The notes under the pieces were generated by a model that made no database searches, was not told the origin of the DNA, and saw nothing but the letters and a program-made list of their open reading frames with translations. A stretch of DNA of 64,000 bases from Escherichia coli. GTDB taxonomy: Bacteria > Pseudomonadota > Gammaproteobacteria > Enterobacterales > Enterobacteriaceae. The position numbers and the translations under genes are program-made. Below are positions 45,963 to 54,899 of this stretch, piece after piece (position 1 is the stretch's first letter; each line of letters begins with the position of its first letter). The stretch is taken from NCBI RefSeq assembly GCF_003334305.1, contig NZ_QOWS01000003.1; one strand, written 5' to 3'.

Positions 45963-47260
45963 AACGACGATCCTTGAAGGTTTATTCTATTGGCGGCGCG
46001 TTTTTTATTGGCATAGCAGTTTTGCGCCAGTTGCTTAATGGTCCGTTGTAACGTTTGGCTTTTGTAGCCAAATAGTGGTGCTAACGGCAGGCTATAACAG
46101 GCATCGCTGAAGCTTGTATGAATTCGATATTGGCCGGCCTCTCCACGACCCGCCTCGGTAAATTGCCAGATTTTTTTTGCCAACAATTCGGCAATGAATG
46201 AGCTCAGGACGCGGTTTAGGCGGTTGATGCTTTCCGTGTTCGCATCGAGTGCCGGGTAGAGGGGTATATTGAGCTCACCGAGCAGAAGCACAAGAAACTC
46301 GGCCAAACTACCCAGACTCACCTCATCACCTTCAATGCCCTGTACCGCCACATTTATTTGACCGGGGGCAAAGGCATTTTGCCCGGCAGGTAAGGTGAGC
46401 AACAAACCGCCACGTTGCTCGGCAGCCCAGGCATCTTGCACAAAGATAATTAGACTGAGTAAAAATAACCAGGGCTGTTGGGCGAATAGCTCGGTAAGCG
46501 GCATGTTGTCATGACCCGAGCGGGACACCAATAACCAATCGGCATTGGGTTTAAGGTTATGTTCATCAAGCAAGGTATTAGGGAGTGCTAACAACCGCCC
46601 ACTACACCAGTTATTTGTCAGTTGTTTTGCGGTGACATCCACCGCTTGTATAGGTGCCGGTGGTTCATTTTGTTCGCTCACGGTAAACAAGGTATAGCTG
46701 GTGCGCAAAATACGACATAGCGCGGGAATGGCAGCATTGTCGTTTAGGCTATGACCGAGCAAATCGCGTTCGGTTTGTGCCAGAGGGCCGGCAATGATTT
46801 GCGGCGTGGTGGCAGTGCTTTCCAGCTGGGCTAAGACCCATTCACTGGCATTGCCCAGTTGCTGAATGAGTTTAACCAATACCATTGTGTCACTCATCGT
46901 GCCTGCTTCCTGGCAGCGAGCGGCGGCTAAATTGATCCAATGTTGGCGAACATCTGGGTTTAAGCCCAACAACGCTAATTGCCATTCACCTGACTGGCTT
47001 AAATCGTTAAAGGCATCAAGCAATGGTGCAGTGAGGCTAAAGGCGCTAACGATATCCGTTTCAGCGTCGTTCTTTTTCGGCTGTATTATTGGTTGTAGCA
47101 GTGACCTAAGGGCAGGCACAGCCGCCAATAACAATGCTGCTTTGTTGGCGTTCAAACCACCTTGTTGCCAAAGCTGCAGGCAGAGGTTAAGTGCCGCTTC
47201 GCTATTTACGGGGTCGTTATATTGCCTGGTTGTACTGCTGTCCGTGCCCCTTGTCTCCAT
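45959..47260 (-). CDS. Hypothetical protein (433 aa)
   Basis: Coupled ORF between the HsdS-like gene and the 1428-aa gene; no motif recognised. Confidence 0.5.
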   Translation of the reverse strand: METRGTDSSTTRQYNDPVNSEAALNLCLQLWQQGGLNANKAALLLAAVPALRSLLQPIIQPKKNDAETDIVSAFSLTAPLLDAFNDLSQSGEWQLALLGLNPDVRQHWINLAAARCQEAGTMSDTMVLVKLIQQLGNASEWVLAQLESTATTPQIIAGPLAQTERDLLGHSLNDNAAIPALCRILRTSYTLFTVSEQNEPPAPIQAVDVTAKQLTNNWCSGRLLALPNTLLDEHNLKPNADWLLVSRSGHDNMPLTELFAQQPWLFLLSLIIFVQDAWAAEQRGGLLLTLPAGQNAFAPGQINVAVQGIEGDEVSLGSLAEFLVLLLGELNIPLYPALDANTESINRLNRVLSSFIAELLAKKIWQFTEAGRGEAGQYRIHTSFSDACYSLPLAPLFGYKSQTLQRTIKQLAQNCYANKKRAANRINLQGSSL

Positions 47261-47262
47261 CT

Positions 47263-48741
47263 TTACTCTTCAGCCTCCGCTTGCGCCGCCTCTTCCAGCA
47301 AACTGTATAACTCATCCACATCGCTAAATAGCGGTGTGGCACCTTCAATGGCATAACCCTCAGCGCTCAGTTTGCTTAAAATCGCTTGATCAAAGCTGCT
47401 GTCGCCATCTTCCAGGGCTTGTTGGGCCTGGATTAGTTGTTGCTCAGTCAGTTGGCCTTCGATTAATGACTCAACTAGAGTTTTGGCAGATGCTGTTAAC
47501 TTTTTTGCATATGCTGCCGTAGTAACGGCTAGTCTCAGCTTACTTCCTATTTCTCTATTCTTCGCTATGTCAATCGGAATCAGAATATTTAACAGGTTTT
47601 CTGAAGTCACTTTTGGTACAACGCTGCCAGTAGTCACACCTTTCCAACACGGAAAGTGTTTATCCAGGAACCTACAAATAGACTCAATATCATATTCATC
47701 TTTTACCTTTAAAACCCAAACATGGTTGTTTGCCCAAAACTTTCCATCAGCTACATTTGCACAGCCAATAGAGCCATCTTGCGCAATAATCAGATATTTA
47801 CCGTTGAAATTGAATTCGGTATGAGTATCTATTGGACCTGATGCGCCATAGTAAAAATATGGTCCGGGTACTCTGTCTTCCGATTTAATAGGGTCGCCAC
47901 ATTTGCATTTACTAATGAAATTAGATAGTTTTGATGAATTCCTAAAGGTCATTTGACTATCGGCCGCACGTGCAAACTCAGGAGCTAAAGACACTGCTGA
48001 TAATACCTGTTGTTTCATTCTTCTAGGTTTCAATGTTAATGAATCAACAAGGTTGAAGTGAAATAAATCTTTAATTTTTCTATCAGCCATTCCTTCAAGT
48101 CGTTTCGCCCAAGCGCGTAACTGCTCGGCTTGGCGAACTTTATCCCCGATGTATTTTTGGGCTAGAGGTAAAACTTTAGGAACCGCTAGCGAGCGGACAC
48201 TTGGGAAGTCAATTGCAGGGCGAGTTGCGCCATATGCTTCCTTCCAGATCGCTACTTGTCCGGTTTTGCTATTCAAATATGCCACCAAGAAATAGGCGTC
48301 AACTTTTTTGGGATCGGGCTTGAATCTGACTGAGTGCTGACTAATGTTGGCCGGTAGATGTTTAGCTGACACAACAGCCGATTTACCAAATTTTGCACCA
48401 GTAATCGTAAGTAAAACGTCGCCATCCACTAATCGGCTGCGCTTTAATTTTTCATCATCTTCATCGTTAATAAAAACAGCTTCTTCAGCTTGCAAGAACA
48501 TTTCTTCAACTTCAGAAGTGCGATAAAACTTAACACGGCCTTTTTCTAAATAATTTGCTCCTAAAGGTGTTGCGCCACTAGCCACCCCGCGCTTTGAATC
48601 AATTACCGCTTCTAGGGGCAAAGCACCTAGGTTGTCTTTTATCTTATTAATTTGTCTTTCAAATCGCGGTTGATAGTGCCAAGGATCAATCCGCCTTTCA
48701 GACAATTGTTCGGGTGTTCTTTTAAAAATAGTTGCCATCAC
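47263..48741 (-). CDS. hsdS: Type I restriction-modification specificity subunit (HsdS-like, two target-recognition domains)
   Basis: Two TRD-like halves (RIDPWHYQP...GDVLLTITGAKFGKSAVV; VPGPYFYYGASGPIDT...) separated by a conserved helical spacer (LAVPKVLPLAQKYIGDKVRQAEQL) with a C-terminal helical region; 4-nt overlap with the MTase gene. Confidence 0.7.
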   Translation of the reverse strand: MMATIFKRTPEQLSERRIDPWHYQPRFERQINKIKDNLGALPLEAVIDSKRGVASGATPLGANYLEKGRVKFYRTSEVEEMFLQAEEAVFINDEDDEKLKRSRLVDGDVLLTITGAKFGKSAVVSAKHLPANISQHSVRFKPDPKKVDAYFLVAYLNSKTGQVAIWKEAYGATRPAIDFPSVRSLAVPKVLPLAQKYIGDKVRQAEQLRAWAKRLEGMADRKIKDLFHFNLVDSLTLKPRRMKQQVLSAVSLAPEFARAADSQMTFRNSSKLSNFISKCKCGDPIKSEDRVPGPYFYYGASGPIDTHTEFNFNGKYLIIAQDGSIGCANVADGKFWANNHVWVLKVKDEYDIESICRFLDKHFPCWKGVTTGSVVPKVTSENLLNILIPIDIAKNREIGSKLRLAVTTAAYAKKLTASAKTLVESLIEGQLTEQQLIQAQQALEDGDSSFDQAILSKLSAEGYAIEGATPLFSDVDELYSLLEEAAQAEAEE

Positions 48742-50885
48742 TCACCCCGCTTATAAGCCGATACAATCTTATCCAGATCGTTTGCGACACCGGCGTTATA
48801 GTCTTCGATATTGTTTTTCACCACATAACCCAATGTTTCAGCCACTGCCATAAACACGTCGGTTTGTGGCTCGGGCAAAAATTGCTCTGGCTGGTTGGGG
48901 TTAGCATGGCGTTTTTGTAAATACAAAATCGAGGTTTTGGCCCCCGTACCGGAGAGTTTAAAGCAGTCGCTCGGCAATGAAATTACTGCTTTTACAATAG
49001 CTTTACCGCCAACAAACTCGCCGGTTTTTTCGTCTTTTTTCCCCATAATGTACTCACGGACATAACGGTCGCCGGAGTTACATAAAATACCATCAGGCAG
49101 CACTATTAACAGGCGGCCACCGGGTTTAAGCAGTTGCAGGCAGCGGTCGATAAAAAGTACTGCTGGGTCAATAGTGGCACCTACCGGTTGCCAGTTGCCC
49201 TTGCTATCGGGCTTGCTGCCCAGCGCGAGCCCTGCGGTTGTAGGCTGCAGGCTGTAAAACGGCTTTTTATCAGTCCCGCCCGTTCTGCGCAAATCGGTAC
49301 GGTAGCCCGCCCATTTAGGCTCGCCGTTTTCATCCAGCTCTAAATCACCGATATCCTGCCACTTCATTTTCACGTGGTCATACCAGGCGTTGTAGCTATC
49401 AACGACTTTTTTGGTCGGACGAAAACCACCGAGCACTTGCTCCATATTGGCTTCGTAATTGGCTTTTGAGTTTTGACCATTTTTGCCTTTATCAAATTTA
49501 GGCGTACCGAACGGCGGGTTGGTGCAAATCAGGTCAAAGCTATTCGGCTTCAGAGCGTTAGTAGTGAGTGAGTTGTCGGTATAAAAAATCTGCGCTTTGG
49601 GGGCACCTTGCAATGCCATATTCACGCGGGCCAGCATTACCATGCGTGGTGCAGCATCGGCACCGGTAAATGCACAGTCGCGTAATTTTTGTTTCAATGA
49701 TTCTTTTTTATCGTCGGCCAGCACCAGCTTAAAATCGATCCATTTATCAATCTGGCTTAACGCCACCGAGCCAAAACCAAAGGAGCCACAGGTGGGGTCG
49801 CAGAAACGAAAATCGCCATTGGCTAAGCGCGATCGCATTTCATCGTCATCGTCGATGTCGTGCATAGCAATTTCTAGCATGGCCTGTTTTACTGGGTTTG
49901 GTGTTAAATAAACGCCAAGGCCACCTTTGGATTCAAAGTTAGCGCGTAGGAATACATCAAACACTCTGCCTAGTAAATCTCCTGACACATCAGCCAACGT
50001 GCCGTGTTCTTTCGCGATTTTACCGTCGTTGGTTTTTACCGGACCCAGGTTTTGTATTGCTTCCAGCAAATCCTGATAGTTTTTCGCAACAGACAGTCGC
50101 AGGTGTGTTTCTTTACTAAAGATGGGGTTACGTGAGCCATCATCTGAGATCACAACGTAGTTTTCGTGGCTTTTAAATTCCTCAAAGGCGGCTTTGATTT
50201 GGGCAACGGCTTTATCGCCGTGGCTCTCCACATATTGCCAATCAAAGACATCACGAAAACGCAGGGTATTTCCCTCATCATCTTTAAAGGTAAGGTCTTC
50301 ATCGTGATGCAGGCGGAAAGTTTCTAAAAACAGAAGCTTAGCTACTTCTTCAATAATGTCGTTCTTGTCGTTTACCTTGTCTTTGGTAACGCGATAAACA
50401 TTTTCATGGAAGGCATCAAATCGCTGCATTAAGCGTGTATAAACACGCATCGACCAGCGAAAGGTTGGATCACGCTCCATGCGATCAAAGCTACGTAATT
50501 CTTCCAGACCAGGCAGGGTATCTGCACCGTGGGTACCGTCAGATCCATCGGCACCGAACAAGGCCAAAATACGTTGGTTCAAGCCATCGTCCACAACGGC
50601 ATATACTGGCCAGTCACCTTCGATATCACTTAACAGCTGATAGGCTAAATCATCAAACTTTGCAGTGTCAGCGGCGTATTCCCAATGGCCTTCTGTCAGC
50701 GCAATCAACATGACTGGTGGCGTTAAGTTGCCTTCAACCAGGCCTTGAATGAGACCAGCCTTGGCGAATTCATGCTCGGGTAATTCGACCAATGGCTGAG
50801 TAAACTCGGAGTGCTGTTTGACCAGTTTATTGAACAGTGCTTCTAGCTGCTGTTGCGGGTCTTGTTTTTTTGCTTCTTTTGCCAT
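48738..50885 (-). CDS. hsdM: N6-adenine DNA methyltransferase, type I HsdM-like (715 aa)
   Basis: AdoMet motif I FRFCDPTCGSFGF, motif IV DLICTNPPFG, motif X region GVYLTPNPVKQAMLEI, C-terminal GRLLIVLPDGIL. Confidence 0.75.
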   Translation of the reverse strand: MAKEAKKQDPQQQLEALFNKLVKQHSEFTQPLVELPEHEFAKAGLIQGLVEGNLTPPVMLIALTEGHWEYAADTAKFDDLAYQLLSDIEGDWPVYAVVDDGLNQRILALFGADGSDGTHGADTLPGLEELRSFDRMERDPTFRWSMRVYTRLMQRFDAFHENVYRVTKDKVNDKNDIIEEVAKLLFLETFRLHHDEDLTFKDDEGNTLRFRDVFDWQYVESHGDKAVAQIKAAFEEFKSHENYVVISDDGSRNPIFSKETHLRLSVAKNYQDLLEAIQNLGPVKTNDGKIAKEHGTLADVSGDLLGRVFDVFLRANFESKGGLGVYLTPNPVKQAMLEIAMHDIDDDDEMRSRLANGDFRFCDPTCGSFGFGSVALSQIDKWIDFKLVLADDKKESLKQKLRDCAFTGADAAPRMVMLARVNMALQGAPKAQIFYTDNSLTTNALKPNSFDLICTNPPFGTPKFDKGKNGQNSKANYEANMEQVLGGFRPTKKVVDSYNAWYDHVKMKWQDIGDLELDENGEPKWAGYRTDLRRTGGTDKKPFYSLQPTTAGLALGSKPDSKGNWQPVGATIDPAVLFIDRCLQLLKPGGRLLIVLPDGILCNSGDRYVREYIMGKKDEKTGEFVGGKAIVKAVISLPSDCFKLSGTGAKTSILYLQKRHANPNQPEQFLPEPQTDVFMAVAETLGYVVKNNIEDYNAGVANDLDKIVSAYKRGE

Positions 50886-50935
50886 GATGTTTTCTAAAAT
50901 CCTTTAATACAGCCAATGGTTACTACAAATGCCGG

Positions 50936-51322
50936 CTAATTTATCAGTACCAGCAAGGGGCCTTTAATCTCTATCTGCGCGTGCTTCTGTGCCAGTTTGC
51001 GTATCTGCTGTTCACTGGTCGTAATACCAGCAGGGAGCTTTTTCAGTACTTGTGCAAGGGGCATGCGCCCACCAGCTTGATGCAACAATGATACCAAATG
51101 TGCCGCGATATCAGGTATAACCTGGTACGTTGCCGTTGTGGGCCCTTTTAGATGATTACTTTGAGGCAATGAGGCAAGCCATAGCGAAACTTGAGACTGG
51201 CTAAAGCCAAGTGTTTGCCAGAGGGTTTGGTTCTCATTAAATACAACGGCGGCGCTTCTGGGAGTTGCTGTTTGCTGAGTTATTAGTTGTTCCAGGCTTT
51301 GTCGCTGGTATTCATGGGTCAT
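50936..51322 (-). CDS. Hypothetical protein (128 aa), third gene of the McrBC-like module
   Basis: ORF whose start overlaps the McrC-like stop by 4 nt; no motif recognised. Confidence 0.45.
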   Translation of the reverse strand: MTHEYQRQSLEQLITQQTATPRSAAVVFNENQTLWQTLGFSQSQVSLWLASLPQSNHLKGPTTATYQVIPDIAAHLVSLLHQAGGRMPLAQVLKKLPAGITTSEQQIRKLAQKHAQIEIKGPLLVLIN

Positions 51323-52662
51323 CTCATGCCTCCACTATAGGATACTGAAGCAGCCATCCGATCCAGTTTGGGGCTCATTGTACAGGACACGTCATTCGGC
51401 CACATCATCCTCTCACCGCGTTTTGCCATTATCCGGTATGGCACAACCCATAATTTTAAAGTCTCCGAGAAAGCAAAATGCTGCGCTATAGGTTGGCTAA
51501 AGTCATCATGCGCAGGGTAAATCAGATACATTTCGCCATTCCCACCAAGATATTTTTGTCCGTAGGCAAACATTTGATAGAAGTCAGCTTGTGCCAGTCC
51601 ATAGAGTGATTTTGTCTGCTGGCTGCTATTCACCAGCTTCCATTTTGTATCCATCACCATTTCGGTTTGAACTGGTTTGTGTGATTGAATCAGCAAGTCG
51701 GGGCGAAGCTTAAAGCAATCTTTAAGTCCATGCTTTACCAAAGAATAAGTTGCTGCTTGAGGTAAAACTTTGAGGTGAGGTGGTAACTCGTCGGGTAGGG
51801 TCTGTGCCACAAAGGATTCAAATACCGCTTCCATAGGGAACAAAAGTGATATCGCTTTGGTGTTTCCCTGCAAAGCACTCGGGCTCATTCCCCTCAGGAT
51901 CAATTGCGCCCATGCCATTGGCTCGTTGTAATGAGCCATACCACGCTCGAGGCGTAAGTTGTTTATATCACGTTCAATATCCCGGCTAAGTGGAATACCG
52001 TCAAACGCAAAACGCAGTTCGTAAAGCCAGCGTTGATTATCTGATGACAGCTGCAGACTAAGAAGCTTATCTAGTGCGGAGTGTAAGAGCCGATTGGCTG
52101 CACAATCAGGCATGTAGTCATCATAATCGACACAAAACTTATGGCGATTCACCGCGTTATGTCGCAGCTGTGCAGAAAGCATCAGCTTGCCCTTCATAAA
52201 AGCCAGATTACCTTGCTTGCTCACATAGTCGGAGCGTAAACCCTGTTTAAGCAATTGGCTGACGCTATGCAAAAACTGGTTAATAAAAATCTCAAGCAAA
52301 GGCATACGCTGAGCCTGAAGAGTGGCTTGCTGGGTTTGAATATGTCGGAACCCAGGCAGATGGCTTAGCATCGTCAGCAATGTTTGACGTGCATTAGCCG
52401 CTGTGAGGTTTTTACCAACCTTGGGCAGTATCTCAAGCTGGAAACCGTGAGGTGTTGAAAGCATCCCTGCGTAGTTTTGAACCTGAAGCAATTTGAAGCC
52501 TGAGCGAGAGGTGAGTTTGAGGAACTGGCTCCCTTGATTACTTGCCAGGCTAAGCGCTTCTAAATAATTAAAGACCTGTGGAGGCACCGGTTTTGCGCCA
52601 ACTGAAGCCGCTTTTCCACTCCCCAAGAGGTCATATTCAAAAACGGAGATAACTTCACCCAT
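51319..52662 (-). CDS. McrC-like endonuclease subunit (PD-(D/E)xK)
   Basis: C-terminal RPDLLIQ...VMDTKWK...QADFYQMFAYGQKY resembles the McrC catalytic core; 8-nt overlap with the McrB-like gene. Confidence 0.65.
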   Translation of the reverse strand: MGEVISVFEYDLLGSGKAASVGAKPVPPQVFNYLEALSLASNQGSQFLKLTSRSGFKLLQVQNYAGMLSTPHGFQLEILPKVGKNLTAANARQTLLTMLSHLPGFRHIQTQQATLQAQRMPLLEIFINQFLHSVSQLLKQGLRSDYVSKQGNLAFMKGKLMLSAQLRHNAVNRHKFCVDYDDYMPDCAANRLLHSALDKLLSLQLSSDNQRWLYELRFAFDGIPLSRDIERDINNLRLERGMAHYNEPMAWAQLILRGMSPSALQGNTKAISLLFPMEAVFESFVAQTLPDELPPHLKVLPQAATYSLVKHGLKDCFKLRPDLLIQSHKPVQTEMVMDTKWKLVNSSQQTKSLYGLAQADFYQMFAYGQKYLGGNGEMYLIYPAHDDFSQPIAQHFAFSETLKLWVVPYRIMAKRGERMMWPNDVSCTMSPKLDRMAASVSYSGGMR

Positions 52663-54730
52663 GATTTACTGCCTGCTCATCAAGGGGAGTCTGTTGGGGC
52701 TGATAAATTGAACGATAAGCCTGTGGAATATTCCAGATCTCTTGATCGAAATCTTTGAGCTCATAAGCTGTTGATTGCTGATCATGGCGTCGTAAACCAT
52801 GGTTGTTACCAAAAAGCGTATCGAGATCGTCGGTTTTCTCAATCACGAATTGCAGGTTGTCGTCTTGCTTTTGATTGTCTGCCAGCACCAACCGGATCTT
52901 GTTCCAGTCATCGAAAAAGTATTCCTGTAAAAGCGGAATGATCTTTTTCTGGAATGCGATCTTCAATTGTTTAAACGCAGCTTCTTCATCACCGGCATCG
53001 AGTGCATTTTTTACCGGCATAAAGAACGCATGCCCCAGCGTATGTTCACGATCGTAAAGAGCCTCGATGCGGCTATTGAGTTTCTCTAACAACGACTCGA
53101 GCTCTATGCCTTTCACCTTAGCTTCACTCAGTAAAGAGAGATCAGGCATCATTTCGACAAAGTCAAAGCGACGGCGCAAAGCCGTGTCCATCAGAGCTAA
53201 AGAACGGTCCGCTGTATTCATGGCTCCGATGATATCGACATTGCCGGGTACGCTGAAGTGATCACCGCTATAAGCCAGTTGCAGGCTCATCGCATTGGGC
53301 ATGCCTGCACGCTTGTCTACTTCAATGAGTGAGATTAGTTCACCAAAGATCTTGGATATGTTACCGCGATTGATCTCATCAATGAAAATGGCGTAGCGAT
53401 GTCCTGGATCGGCATTCGCACGTTGGCAAAGGCGCATAAAGATACCCGGCTCAATGGGATAAGAGATATTGCCACTCTCGTCAGAGCGAGCGCGTATACC
53501 TTCAATAAATTCTTCATAGCCGTAAGATTGGTGGAACGTAACCACCGCAAAACGCTGGATGGCTTCGGCAGATTTAGGGCCACGTTTAAGTTCGGCGTAG
53601 AGCTCTACCAAATCCTCCACTTGCTCGAGCTGTGAATCAACTAGAAACCATTCGCTGTTATCTGTTTTGTTAAATACGGCAGGCTCACGCCGATTCTTAT
53701 AATCAACGGTTAACGACTCGGGAACTGTATAGGATTGCAAAGCTGCCCAGGCAGTATTCGATAGATTGCCATTACGACCGTTTAATAATGCCTTACGTTG
53801 AAACCACATATGTTCAATAATTTGGCGAACTTTCGCTCGTTTCCCAAGATCGAGCAGCACCAGCGTTATAACCTGCATCCAGTTCAACGATTCAAGGCGA
53901 GAATCCAGCCAGGCATCACGATCAGCGGGAACAGCATGAGAAGTGTACTCTTTCATTTTTTGCTGCAACCTGAAGGTCTTGCCAGTGCCAGGGGGGCCAA
54001 AGAAGATCACGTTAGTTGGTGAATGTAGGATGATCTTGTTCTCGATGGGCTCACTGCGGGTTATGGATGTAGTGCTAGCTACTTTCTCCTGCTTTTGTTC
54101 ATTATCGCGTTCACGGAGCAATTCATAGAGATGCCAGATGGCCATATTCACATAATAAGGATCTGTATCAGGAGATTGGGCGTGTATGGCTTGTTTCAAT
54201 TCATAGTTTTTCTGTAACCAATTTCCGGTCAGTACCAAACCGAGATGGAAGTGCTGATTTAAGAATTCTGCTGCTTTATTAAAAGCATTCTCATCCACAG
54301 TACTGGTGTAGTTTTCTGGCGAGAACGCGGCAAAGACGCGATTTCTCAAACTCCAATACATACGCTTGAGAAGTCCGTTTTCTTTAGCTTGTTGAAGTGC
54401 ATTGCCAACATATTGGTAAGTTTCTTCATCCGGCTGTTGCCGAATTCGTTCAGTTAGTTCTCTAAGCAGTGGCAGGCTTTGCTGATATTCTGCTAAGGAT
54501 GGAACGCCCTGGCGAATACTTGCAATGCCGTTGTCACGCTCATACCAAAGCTGTTTGACCAGACCATCTGTTGCAGGCTCAGCAAAAGTTGAGGTTTGCT
54601 GTAGCAAAGTCGTAAATGCACGGTATCGCTGATACCATCTGGAAGCTGTGTAATTTTTATCTTTCGCCAGGGCATCAATCAATTCACTAATCGTTAGCCT
54701 ACCTGCTTCGACACTATCTACAAGAGTCAT
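52655..54730 (-). CDS. McrB-like AAA+ GTPase with unassigned N-terminal domain of about 230 aa
   Basis: FFGPPGTGKTF, IFIDEINRGNISKIFGEL and IIGAMNTADRS motifs typical of McrB-family GTPases; the N-terminal region has no recognisable motifs. Confidence 0.75.
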   Translation of the reverse strand: MTLVDSVEAGRLTISELIDALAKDKNYTASRWYQRYRAFTTLLQQTSTFAEPATDGLVKQLWYERDNGIASIRQGVPSLAEYQQSLPLLRELTERIRQQPDEETYQYVGNALQQAKENGLLKRMYWSLRNRVFAAFSPENYTSTVDENAFNKAAEFLNQHFHLGLVLTGNWLQKNYELKQAIHAQSPDTDPYYVNMAIWHLYELLRERDNEQKQEKVASTTSITRSEPIENKIILHSPTNVIFFGPPGTGKTFRLQQKMKEYTSHAVPADRDAWLDSRLESLNWMQVITLVLLDLGKRAKVRQIIEHMWFQRKALLNGRNGNLSNTAWAALQSYTVPESLTVDYKNRREPAVFNKTDNSEWFLVDSQLEQVEDLVELYAELKRGPKSAEAIQRFAVVTFHQSYGYEEFIEGIRARSDESGNISYPIEPGIFMRLCQRANADPGHRYAIFIDEINRGNISKIFGELISLIEVDKRAGMPNAMSLQLAYSGDHFSVPGNVDIIGAMNTADRSLALMDTALRRRFDFVEMMPDLSLLSEAKVKGIELESLLEKLNSRIEALYDREHTLGHAFFMPVKNALDAGDEEAAFKQLKIAFQKKIIPLLQEYFFDDWNKIRLVLADNQKQDDNLQFVIEKTDDLDTLFGNNHGLRRHDQQSTAYELKDFDQEIWNIPQAYRSIYQPQQTPLDEQAVNHG

Positions 54731-54899
54731 CGTGACTTTTCCTCTGTTGTGACATTACTTATTTTTTAATTAATATGAGGTATTCTAACTATATTGAGTT
54801 AATCGTTGTGACAAGTGCCTGTTATATATACAACTATCTGTTAACTCAGCTCTAATTTAAATACAATGTAAGGTTGTAGGGTGAATGCTGTTATCAACC

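Noticed and set aside
35966-50885. Calling the nine-gene operon BREX or Pgl
   Set aside because: A Ser/Thr kinase, an MTase and a large P-loop ATPase are present, but I could not recognise a PglZ-like phosphatase, the MTase is split type I style with a separate HsdS, and a HerA-like ATPase is present; the resemblance is partial, so I did not assign it to BREX/Pgl.
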